Source of the DNA: Candidatus Omnitrophota bacterium | GTDB lineage: Bacteria > Omnitrophota > Gorgyraeia > Gygaellales > Profunditerraquicolaceae | DNA length: 54,923 nt | Reading direction: 5' to 3' | NCBI GenBank assembly: GCA_041309145.1 | Contig: JBFZAG010000152.1 | Span: forward strand, 1-54,923 | Part shown: positions 1 to 12,000 of the stretch, piece after piece | How positions within the stretch are numbered: position 1 is the first letter of the stretch | Layout: every line of letters begins with the position of its first letter | The notes under the pieces: generated by a model | Seen by the model: only the letters and a program-made list of their open reading frames with translations | What the model was told of the DNA's origin: nothing | Databases searched by the model: none | Made by a program: the position numbers and the translations under genes

Positions 1-2
1 GA

Positions 3-3000
3 GCGCTTTATTTCTTCAGGGAAGGCATTGTAGTCCAGATCGGAGCTGTTCTGCTTGGCAGGTGGACCGGCGGCTCTTTGGGCGCCTGGATGTATCGGAC
101 ATTGAACGACCAGAAGGATGGGGGCCATGTGAAGAAATACCAGATCGGCCTGGCGGCTTTGTTTATTCTGTCCTTGTTTGGGATCTCGCCGCTGGGGGTT
201 TTATTCCTTATTCCCGCCTATGCGACCGCGTTTATCTTGTGGAAAAGATATTCCTCTCAATTATACGCCCATCACCCGCAGCGCCCCCATCCGCTTATGA
301 CGGGAGTATTATTGGTGGGAATGGTTTTATTCGCGGGCTTTGTTCCCGCGGTAAGCCTGGATATGTTGTTGAGCGGCTTGCTGGTGGCGGTGTTTATCGG
401 CGGAGTGGCAGGTTTTAGCTTGTTCGCCTGCATCGTTTCAGCTAAAGAGCATGATATCCTTGAGGGATTGAACCTCGGTTCCCGGCCGAGTAATTACGTC
501 GCCGTGGGGCGCGCTTTTGAACGCAGTTTCGGCAATTTGAAAGAAGGAAATGTCCCCGAGGCCGTATTGACGGCCAAGATGTTCTTTGAGATGCCCATTG
601 AGACCGAGATGAAACAAATGCTGAGCTTGGGCGACCCTATGGTTGATGATGTGCTCATGGGCACGGAATTCAGGAGATTCAACGCGATGGAGTTGGCGGC
701 TATGGGTTACGGAAATGAGTACCTGAGCCTGATAAACGCGATCGCCAGAAAAACCGGAGAAGGGACTTATCCCTATATGATAACGCGCAATCCCTACCTG
801 GACGGCGGAAATATCGTAGAATATCTCGTCGGCAATCCTTTTGGGCTGTGGGCTGTGCTTACCGCGGCGATGGGATTGCTGAGCTGGCGGGTGGTCAAGT
901 TCAGCGCCATGACCGGACAGCTTGATCAAGCCGTAACTCCGGAGCTTTACCAGGCAATAGGCCGGGTTGTTTTGATGTTCGGAGCTATTTCGATTTTAGC
1001 CGTAAATTTTGCTCCCGCCGGAATTATACAATTTGCGGTAGCGATAGCAATGGCCGGTATTACCGGAATATATCTGGGGCTGTTGATTTACAAATGGTTC
1101 GGCGGCCGTCCTCCTATGCTTGAGCCATATCGGAAAGTGCGCGGCTTCCAGAAGGATGGGGGAAAACCGGTTCAGACAAGGTTGCAAGCCCAGAATTTAA
1201 ATAACGAATTAGCGGAATTGTTATCCGCCGGTCCGGTCAAAGATTTTGTAATTCAGGAGATGGCCAAGAAAAACACGCTGTATCTCAATGACAGATGGGG
1301 AATAAGCATTCTGGACGGGATCGACAAAAACCGGCAGAATATACAAAGACAGGTTGGATTAATGGCATATTTTGAAAGAGGGCTGTTGATGCGTCCTTTT
1401 GTGAACTGGTTCGCCAAACCCGGTTCACGTATGCCGACAGTTTACAGCTTGATCGCCGAATCTTCTGTTCTTGGAGTACATCTGGCAGAAAAACAGGTTG
1501 ATTTCAAGAGAATGGGGATCAGCAAATCTCCGATCCCCGGAGGTTACGGCAGTCCGGCCTTCCGTTTGTCTACGGTGATGGAAGAAGCGGGATTCCCGAT
1601 GCGGGATAATCCGACAGAAGAATTTGTCGCGCCTTTAACCAAAGAGATCGCGGGGCTGATCGTTAAGGATGCCAGCGGAAGATTCCAGGCGCTGCCGGTT
1701 CCGTTTACGGAACAGCATATCCTGATCGACTGGGAAGGCCGGCCGATCGAGATGTGGCTGAGTGAAGGAAGGTATATTCGCCAGGAAATATTTGAATCGC
1801 TGTCGGGTATCGTCAATAAGCCCGGAGCGATCTTTATGGAAAGGCATCCTTTTGACAAACTGATGGAAGATGCCAGGCGCAATAAGTATGCGCCGGTCGC
1901 GCGGTATCATTCTCACCCGCTCAGGAACGAAAGCTTATTGCATCCCGCCTTGCTTCCGCTGCAGAGCATCCCGGATATCGTTATCGATCCGGCCGGCACC
2001 AGAGCAAAAATTTACACCTTTATCCATACTTCAGGCTCATCTCAGCAGCAGTTCCTGGAGAAAGACAGGCAGCTATGGGGTGTTAATATGGTCGAGGAGA
2101 ATCATGACCTTTTTGCCATGCTCAAGAATAAAAACTATCAAAAGGCGCGGCAAGAAATTATCAATCAGTATTTTGCCGTACAAGAAGTCTCTTTGATCAG
2201 CCTTGACGGCGGGATCTTTGAGCCGTTTGCGCCTATCGATAATTTCCGAAGAGCGTTTTACGCAAAGATAGACGAACTGGCCCGCCCCATATTCGGCGAT
2301 CTGGTCGGCACTCCTCTTTGGCAGGATTATGTATTTTTCAGCTGGGCCATTGTCGCGTCGACCCTGTTGTTTGCCATGCGCTATCATTACCGGGACGGAA
2401 TGGTTAAACATCCCGGTTTAAACGATCAAGCCAAACAGCCATATCTCAACCATCGCATCGCAGAGGGGCTATTCAACCATCCTCTGATCAGTTTTTCAAT
2501 ACGCTCCGCGGTTTCTTTGGCAGTAATCACTTTCCTGCCCCTGGAGCATGTCACCTTCATATCCGGGATGGTCTGTTTTATTCTGTCATTATGGTGCGGA
2601 CAGGCGGCGGGGGTCTGGTTATACAAGGCGCAGGGGGGGACAATTTCACCTGTGGTGAGAGAGCAGAAGGATGGAGGGAGAAAGCGCGTTGAACACGGGC
2701 TTTCGGATAAGGCGCTGGAAATGGGCAAGCGAGGGTATCGGTTAGTATATACGCCGCCGGTTCTGGGTAAATTGAAACTCGGCGTCCTGGAATTGCCGCA
2801 AACCAAAAAAGACGGCGACAAGGATGCGGGCGCGCTGGTCGGCGGGAATATGGCTGTTAAGGAAGGCATTCATGTTGAGGCCGCGGATAAGAAAAGAGAC
2901 GGGGGAGAAGTTAAAAAGCCGGCTGAGGAGATTTTTGCGGAAGACGGAAGCCTGGCGGCTATTTTTGCGGATACGAAGAGATCGGTAGAGAGATTCACGC

Positions 3001-6000
3001 CATTTTTAACGGATAATAATATAGCATTCCAGCCGGCGTTGACTTTCGGCAGAAAAGGCCAGAAGGCAGAAGATATCCATTATCAGCGCCCGGCTCCCGG
3101 GCAGCATAGGCCGCGCATAGTGCTTATGTTAGTTCTGGAGGGTAAGATCAAAGCCCGGGCGTATACCGTTTTAGACGAGTTTGTCGCCGAGAGGATTGTT
3201 GAGTCCGGCAATTTGATCATGTTTACCCAGGCTTATTATATTGAGTACCTGGAAGATACCAGGATGCTGGAGATCAAACAGGGGCCTTACCCCGGGGATA
3301 AGAAGAGGGACCGGGTTGTCCTTAGAGAGATCAAAGACGGCGGCAAGGCTGTCGGAGCGACAGTGAACACTAACGGAAAACAGCGCAAGAGTATTATCGA
3401 TATAACCGTGAATTTGGTGAAAAAACAGTTTGACGGTAAATTTATCGGTGCGCACAAAACTTACAATAAGATCATAGATCTCAAGAATCTCGCTTTTGCC
3501 GCTAAACAGGAATCTCTGTTCAACAGCGGGCAGATCAAACAGCCTGATTCCCGCGGGCCGCCCCGATCTTCCGAAGCAAATGAATTATTCCGGAACAATT
3601 ATTTGAAATGGACGGTGATCTTAAGTATTTTCACCGCTTCTTTCTTAACGTCCTCAGCAGTAATCCTGTCGCATTTTACCCTTGCGTCAATTTTGTTCAG
3701 CCCGTTTTGTTTTATCTTGAGCCTGGGCGGCGCCAAATTCTTCTTCTCGACTATTCTGACCTTGCTGGCGGCCAAACCGGTCCTGAATAAGACCCCCTAT
3801 AATGAAAAATTCTGCACGAATGTTCTTCCGAAAACATTTGAAAAATTACCTTCTCTTGCAATTGTCGTTCCTATAAAGGACGTTTCGAACCGCATTGTTC
3901 TGGAGACCCTGAGAAGAGCGGTCCTGGAAAGAGCGGATTATAAACAGGCGGGAGGCAAATGCTGTATTGTGGCGATCGATGACGACCTTTCAGTGGAAGA
4001 GGCGAATAGGTTGGGTTCGAGTACCCAAAAAGAACTGGAAAGGATCAATTTCTACCGCGCAAACAATATCGCTATCGTGGTTAGCCCCAGAGACATCGAT
4101 AGAAAAGGCAAGTTCGGCAAGCCTATCGCCATGAATTACATGCGGGAAGCATTGAAGAGCAATAACCTGCGTGGAGGCTATGTCGAAGGCGGGGCGAAAT
4201 TGGAAGAAGACGCTATCGTACTTCTTCTGGACAAGGATACCTATATTGCTCCGGGAGTCAGCAAGTTCATAATGAAAGAGTTTCAGGATGCCCAAAGATT
4301 GGCGTATATCCAGTGCCGCTGCGAACCTTATAACTTAAGTGAAAATTATTACACAAAAATTGTCGGATATATGACTACCCAGTATTATGATCTGGCTTTT
4401 CCGGCAACCAGCTATTTAGGGTCGCTTGTTCCTTTGGTCGGCCACGCGGTGTACCTGAGAGCTAAATTCTTTGACTGGAGCGAGAACAGGGTCAGCGAGG
4501 ATCTGGACCTTGCCATGCGCCTGGTCACCAAAGGGTTTTACGGGAAATATATGGATCTGCCTCCCGAGATGTCCTTCACGGAATATGTGGCCAATAATTT
4601 TGAAGAAGAAGCGATGCATACCCACAGGTATGTGTACGGAGCTCTGCAATTCGTTTTTAATCCGATCACTCAGTGGCACAAAAAAGGAATTATGAGCTCG
4701 CAGGTGAAGGAGTTCCTCAATTCGCCTCATATGCCCTGGTATATTAAGGTCGACCTTCTTATCTATATAGTAAATCTTTTCTCCCACCCCAGTATCTGGA
4801 TATTTTTATTCCTGGTTTTTCCTTTCCTGCCCCCGCATCCTTTATCCGCTGCCGGGCCGATCATCTTTTACTTTGTCATGGGAACCTGGGCGTCGGTCAT
4901 GGTCAACAGGGCCAGAGATGTAAGCCGGACCGAGAGGGGAATCATGGGAGAAATATTTTTTCATCTGAAATACGCTCTTCCTTACGGGTTCTCGGTTTCT
5001 TCCCACTCCTGGTACGGTTTTAAGGGTTTCCTGGATTTCGCCTTAGACAGAAAACCTAAATTCCGCAGCTCCGCAGCGGGCGAAAATTTGCCTGACTATT
5101 CTCTCCGGGAAGCGATCGCCCAGTCAAGATATTTAGCCAGAAGCCTCACGGAAAGCGGGCTTTTCCTGGCGCTGGTAGTTATTTCCGGGTTCCGCATTTT
5201 GGGGGCGGATATTCAGTTTATCGCCCTGACAATTTGGGCATTGGGAAATTATTTTGTCTGGCAGAACCTGATGAATCCGATCCTGGTAAAAAGCCTGGGC
5301 CGGGCCTCCAGACACGGATTAAAACAAATTAAATCCGGACTTCATTTAACCCGCTTGGAAGATTCTAAAGACCAAAAAGTTTTTGATATGCGCACTGCCG
5401 CCCAGGATAAAGCTGATCGGGACGGCGGGCAATACCTTGCTCAGGCTGTCGAACCGAAACCTGGTTTCGGAGCGCTGGTCAGGACCTTAGGCTCGGTTTC
5501 TTTTGTCATGCTCAAGGGAGGGCTCTGGGGCGGGATCGAACCTTTTACCCGCTACAAGATCCAACAGCGGCTGATGCGCGCTTACGCCATATTCGAAGGG
5601 CCGATAAACTATGAGACCATTGATGAGGTCATTAGGCGTTGGGGGCACACCTCATTTACCTATGCGCTTAGGGATCTGGAAGATTCCGGCGATTTTGACA
5701 GAGAAGATATTGAATGGGGAAAGTTCCTGGTGAGCCAGAAAGATGGCCGGGAATTCGCGGCCTGGTTTAAAGAGCTCAAAGCCCGCTATCCGCAAAATCC
5801 TTTCTTGAAAGAATTTGACCTTTGGCTGCAATACAGTTTAAAAGGGTCCCAGAATCTGATGCTTATCCGCAAGGTCTCGCGCCAGGAAGTATTAAAAGAA
5901 TTCAAACTGGATGCCGAAAAAGCAACAGTATTACTAAAAGGGAGAAATCCTTTTGTCGTGGATGAGCAGGATTTTCTCAAGGCCGCGGTGGTCGGCGCAA

Positions 6001-9000
6001 CCGATATCTTTGCGGCGCATCAGCGAAGCCTTAGGCAGGTGGTCAAAGACCGGTATCAATATGCCGGCCGCCTGGCCAATTTCGAGGATATGGTCAAAGC
6101 TAACGGTTTCTCCGTTGACAAGTTCGGAAAATTCTTTAACGCGGTGCATTGCGCTTCCAGCGGGGAGGAGCTTGACATCGAATTCAGCCTGATGAAAGAG
6201 AATGAGATTAAATACTTCGCGGATCGGCTGGCCAGATTTGTTAGCCGGCGCCGGGATCTCGACTGCGGCGAAATAGATATTTTTAACATCGAGCGGAACC
6301 TGATAGCCAGGCCGGAAGCGCTGTCCGGCGCCCGGGGCAAATTGCGCTTGGCCCTTGATACCCTGTTTGATTCCAATAAGTTCATCGAAGGGCTTGCGCC
6401 GGCTTTACAGATCTTTGACCTTAAGAGCAAAGCCTTGCCGTATGATTTTAAGATCGTCATCAAGGATGACGCGGAATTTCTGGGAGGGTTTGATGAAAAA
6501 TCCAAAAGCGTGTTCATCAACACGGCAATATTTGAGACCGGGCCGCCCCAGGTGATCGCTTTTATAGTCCTCTTAAACGCCTACAAACTTACCTATCCTG
6601 CCAAACCCGATGAAGTAGACGCGGCGGTCGTCCGCGAGGTCTACCGGCAAGCCGCCTACAGCAAAGATCCTTCTGATTCTATCTTTGTGCAGACCCGTAA
6701 TTACCTTATTGCCTACCTTCGATCAAATCAAGACGCTCAAGCGAGTTCCTGGCTCGGGCAATTAGATGAATTAAACCGGATCATGGCCCTGCGCCGGCCT
6801 GAGCTTCTTGATAATCCCGCGGAGTTAACCGGGCTGTTCAATTATCTCATTCGCCTGCGCGTTATCGCTTATAATCCTGAAAGCTCGGCTGAAAAGAAAG
6901 AGTACCTGGTTAATGGCAACCCGCTTTATGCCTGGTTTATGGCGGTCAGGGCTGACCGGCCCGCGGCAACAGTCAGTTTCAATAATCCGCAAACCCAGGA
7001 CCTGGAAAGTATTTTTGAACGTTCCGAACATCCGGCCGGATTCTGCGATCTCTGCAATAACCTCAAGATCAAGATCGAAGAAATAGCTCATATGGCCACG
7101 ATCCAGGCGATAAACAAACAATGGTGGATCAGGCCGAACCAGTTCCCGATTTTTAATAACCACGTGCTGTTATTGCCGCTTAAAGAAGGCCATGAAGTAG
7201 AAAAAACTCCCCAGCGGCTTATCCCGGCCTACATTGAAGACCTGCTATATATCAGCAATAAATACCCGCTGATGAGGATCTTCTTTAACAGCTACGGCGC
7301 CGGAGCTACCCAGGGGCATTTTCACGGCCAGGGAATCTTTAACCGGGAGCTGGTCCCGGAAAGATACAACCAGGAATATTTCAGGACCGTCAACGGCGTA
7401 AAGATCAGCCTGCTCAAAGATTATCCGGCCATGTGCCTGGTATTTGAATCCCAAAATACCAAAGAACTGGCTGAGCTGGTTCACCGGCTAAGCGATATCC
7501 TGCTTAAGACCGGCAAGCCGCATAATGTTTTATTCATCAAGGGCAAGCTCTATTTGTTCCTGAGGAACAAAGAAGTGCCGGCAAACTTTCCGCGGGTCAG
7601 GTTCGGGACGCTGGAAATGTGCAGCGAAATGATCCTGCCTTTCTGGGTCGATTATTACCGGACAGAGGAAAAGATCAAGGCGGCGGTATTTGAAGTGTTG
7701 AACGCCATTAAGTCGGACGAAAAGAAAACCCTGGCCCAAAAACTGCAAGAGCCTAAACCGGCCACCCTGCATAATATACTGCTTAACTTCTACAAAAAAG
7801 AGCTTTATGAAGGCGTTCTGAACAAAAGCGGTTTCGACGCAATAGAAATCCAGGTGCGGGATATTTTCGTCAACGTAAAAAAAGCCGGTATTAATATTAT
7901 CCGGCCGGAATCATTAGATCCGATGGGCAGTTATGTGGATGATAGCCTGGGACAAAAGATCAGAGACGCGCTTGTTGACATTTCTTTTAAAGCCGAGGAT
8001 CTCGAGCGCTTATTCCAGATATATGAAGCCCTGGAATATTTAGCCCCGAGGCAAGAGTTGCGCCAAGCGGATATTTTGATCCTCCTGGGAAACGAAAATC
8101 TGGAAGTATTAGAAAAAGCCGCCGAAGTGGCCGCTTGGGCCGACCAGGTTATTGTTTCGGGCTTCAGGGGAAGGCTGACCGAGGACTTGATCGAGAACGC
8201 GCAAGCCCGGTACGGCAAAGATTTATTATCCGGAAAAGATGAATCGGCTATAAGCGAGGCAGAGGTTATGGCTAAGATCTTAATAGCCAAAGGTGTTCCG
8301 GAAGAGAAGATCAAGCTGGAAGCAAGATCCAGGAACACCAATGAAAATGTGCAGTATACCAGGGAGCTGATCGAGCGGGAAAACCTCAAGCATGACACGG
8401 TGATCGTCATGCAGACCCCGCTGCAGCAGCGCCGGGCGGCGTTCGGGTTTAAAACCTTTTTCTTCGCGAATACAGAAGTGATCCATTACGCCTGGGGCAT
8501 ACCGGATGAATACGGCATGATCGATCCCGCTAAACGCAGAGTGCTCTGGACTGAGATCATCAATGAGATCGAAAAGATAGCCCTGTACGGAAATTTGGGC
8601 CTTCATTTCTATGATTTTGATCTATCGGAGTTTCCGGAGCATATCAGACGATTGCTCAAGATCAGATTAGCTTCCCGGATCGACCATACCAATTTAAAAG
8701 CGGACGCCACTGAACAGGAGATTACCAGGACCTGCCAGGAAGCAAAAGATCACGGGTTTGCCTTGGTAGCGATCCGGCCTCAGATGAGCGGAATTACTGC
8801 CAGTGAACTCGAGGGCTCTCAAGTTAAAGTCGGGCCGGCAATAGGGTTCAAGAATCTTATTACTGCGGCTGACAATGCTGCGGATCAGGAAAAAGCTTTA
8901 AAAAGATACGATATCTCAATAGAAGAAAAGTTCGAAGAAATCCGGGATTCGATCTCAGTTATAAGGAGACATGATCTCGGTTTTGAGATCGATTTTGTGA

Positions 9001-12000
9001 TCAATCTGTACAAAATGCTGGTTGAGAATAATAGCGATCATGTTGAAGCAGAGATCAAGATTCTTATTGAGTCTGTGCGCAGCCTGGAAAGGCCGGGAGA
9101 GCATATTATTGTTAAAGTCATTTTTGAGAATTGCTATTTAAGCGACGAACAGAAACAAACAGTATGCGCCTGGGCTGGGAAATACGGGGCGGATTTCGTA
9201 AAAACCTCTACCGGGTTCGGCCTGGCCGGAGCAACAGCCCAAGACGTATCTCTAATGAAAAAGAATATTGATCCGGCTATGCAGGTCAAGGCCGCCGCGG
9301 GGATTAGAAATCTTAAAGATATGTTTTCCATGCTCAACTCCGGAGCGTCCAGGATCGGCACCAGCGCGGGAAATGCGATCATTGCAGAAGTGGATAATTC
9401 CGGAGCGAAAAATATAGACGGCGGTCATGTGTTGGCCATAAACGGAGAGCACGGCGCGGGCAAAAGCACTCTGGCTAAAGAATTGGCAAAGATCACCGGC
9501 CTGCCGATTTTCAGCGGCGGAGCGATCATGCGCGGATATGCCGAAAAGAGGGGGATGAGCGTTAAAGCTTATACGGAAAAGTTCCTGATCCTGCCGGAAA
9601 ACGCCGAAGAGAATAAAAAGATCAATAATGCCATTGACCGGGCTCAGGAATTTGCCATACACAACGGCAATATTATTACCGAAAGCAGCCTGGGCGCATA
9701 TTACGCCGCGAAACACAAGGCTGATCTGGCTGGGCGGAATGTGAAGGTAACCAGGATCCTGCTGGTAGCTGATTCCCGGGCCAGGGCAGAGCGTTCAGTG
9801 CGGGGCATTTTGAACGGAACCCGTTCTCAAGATGAAATGATGACGGTGGAGAAAAAAGAGCGGGAGTTGATCGAAAGAGACGCTTTTGACCGGAAAAATC
9901 TTTTGCAGCTAACTGGCAACGTCTTTGATATTTTCGATACCCTGAATTATGACCTGGTGATCAATGTGACCGAGAAGAATCTGGAAGATGTTCCGACAAT
10001 GGCCAGAGCTATTCTCGTCTTTGCCGGTTACCGGGAGGAAGAAAGAGGAGTTCTGACAACCGATAAAGTTTTTGACGTCGCCGTATTCAAACTTAGATTA
10101 AATCCCAAAGAAATCGAGCTGATTGTTTCTCTGCAGAAAAAATTCAGCAACATAATGTCCTGGTCGGGCAAAGACGGCATTGTCAGGATCAACGGCAAAA
10201 AAGCGCCGCAAGCTAAATTCAGGCCGGTTGCCACCCATAAAAAACTGGCGGAGCAGGGATTTGCAGCGGTTATTCCTTTTGGCAATCTTTTCTGGCATCC
10301 TCACTATGTTGTTTACCGCTCCGGAAAGCTGTTTTATCGAAAAGGCGAGAAAAGAAATATCGCCAAAGGATATGAATACCCGAGCCTTGTTTTTTATAAA
10401 AACGGTACTGTGGGATTTAAAGCAATTAATTTTAATCAAAAAAACGGCTGGTGGAATAATAACAAAGCTCGCATCCGGACCGTTATAAGCGCTCCGACGA
10501 TAATAAAAGACAGCAAAATACTTGACCTCGAAGGAGTTCATTTTGAAGACATAAGGCACGTTTTCAGATGTCCCAAGATATTGGAGGGTCAGGATAAATG
10601 GTACGGAAGTGATATTTATTTAGGCAGAGAATTACTTTATTCCGACAGCCTGGCAAGATCACGCGCGTTTAAGGGAGAAGCCATAGAGGTGTCCTTAGAC
10701 AGGTATGACCTGACCTGGGAACAAATAGAAGAGGCTTTATCTGATGCCGGTTACAGCTTGGTTGAAAATCCGGGAGATGTCCGCTCGCGCGGCCAAGTTT
10801 ATCTGGATAAGGCATCCAATAAGATGGTTATTATAATTAAATTCTCTCAATATCCTCAAATGATCATGGCTTTGGACCAGGGGAATCAGCTCGTCTTTTA
10901 CGCTTTCTCCGGAAAATCCAGCAGAGAAGGTTTGACATTGGGCCAGATCCAGGAGTATCTGAAGGCGCAAGGGATAAAAGATGCAATGATCTTATGTAAC
11001 GGCAGCGATGTGAGTATGGAACATAACAATAAAGTAGTCTTGCCGACATGGAACAAGAGGAAAGCTTTTACCGCGATGATCTTTATTTATCCGTCAGGAA
11101 AAAAGAAAAATGAAAAGCAGGACGGCGGAGAAGATCAAGTAGTAGATAATAAGAAAGATTACGGCATTCTCAGGACGGATAAATGGCTTAAGCACCAGAG
11201 CAGAGTGGAGCAGGTTTACAACGGTGATTTCTACGGAGTGATCCCGGTAACGATACAGTTTGTGCCTTCTTTACTTTGTAATTTCGTATGCTGGGGCTGC
11301 ACTTACGCTGACCTTAAAGAAGATCCGAGGAATCATAATTCCGGATTGACGAGAAAACTTTCTTCCCAAGAAAAATTGATGGATTACAGTTTGATGAAAG
11401 AAGCGATCGATAAGCTTCGCAGGGATGGGGTCGAGGCGATAATCTTTACCGGCGGCGGAGAACCGACCATGCATCCTCAGCTGATCGATATTATGGAATA
11501 CGCCAGAAAGAAGGGCTTGAGAGTGGGGCTGTTCACCAACGGAAGCCTTTTGACCAAAGAAAAAATTATCCGGCTTTTAAATCTCAATCCCAGGTTTATC
11601 AGGATAAGCATCAATGCCGGCACAGCTCAAACTTATAATGCCATTCATGGGTTGCCTGAGGATAGCGGAACGCTTGACACGGTGCTCGGCAACCTGGAAT
11701 TCTTAGCTAAAGAAAAGGCAAAAAGGGAAGCGGAGATCATAAGCAGGCTTAAAGCAGAAGGTCGCAACGAAGAGGAGATCGATGCTTTTATAACCCACAA
11801 TGTCACTAACGTGAGCGTAGGTTTTATTGTCAATCCTTTAAACGCCAAGGAAGTAGAGATATTAGCCGGAAAATTAAAAGCGATTTATCAGAAAGATATT
11901 CGCGGCGGGATCAATTATTTCCAGATCCGCCCTACGGTAAATTATGAGCGCGGCAAACAGTATCCCAAAGATCTGGAAGAAAGAATGAGCAAGCTTCAGC

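Noticed and set aside
62-418. 118-aa + strand ORF in frame 2, and all other + strand ORFs in the track (frames 1 and 2)
   Set aside because: All of them are out of frame with the continuous frame-3 ORF that carries the domain signatures. They are short and show no motifs, so they are overlapping chance ORFs.
5742-5750. Near-miss delimiters KDGR (5742-5750), KDGQ (34221-34229) and KKDGD (2811-2819)
   Set aside because: I did not count them because the second Gly is missing. They may be decayed sites, and KKDGD does precede a GALVGG repeat, but including them would inflate the statistic.
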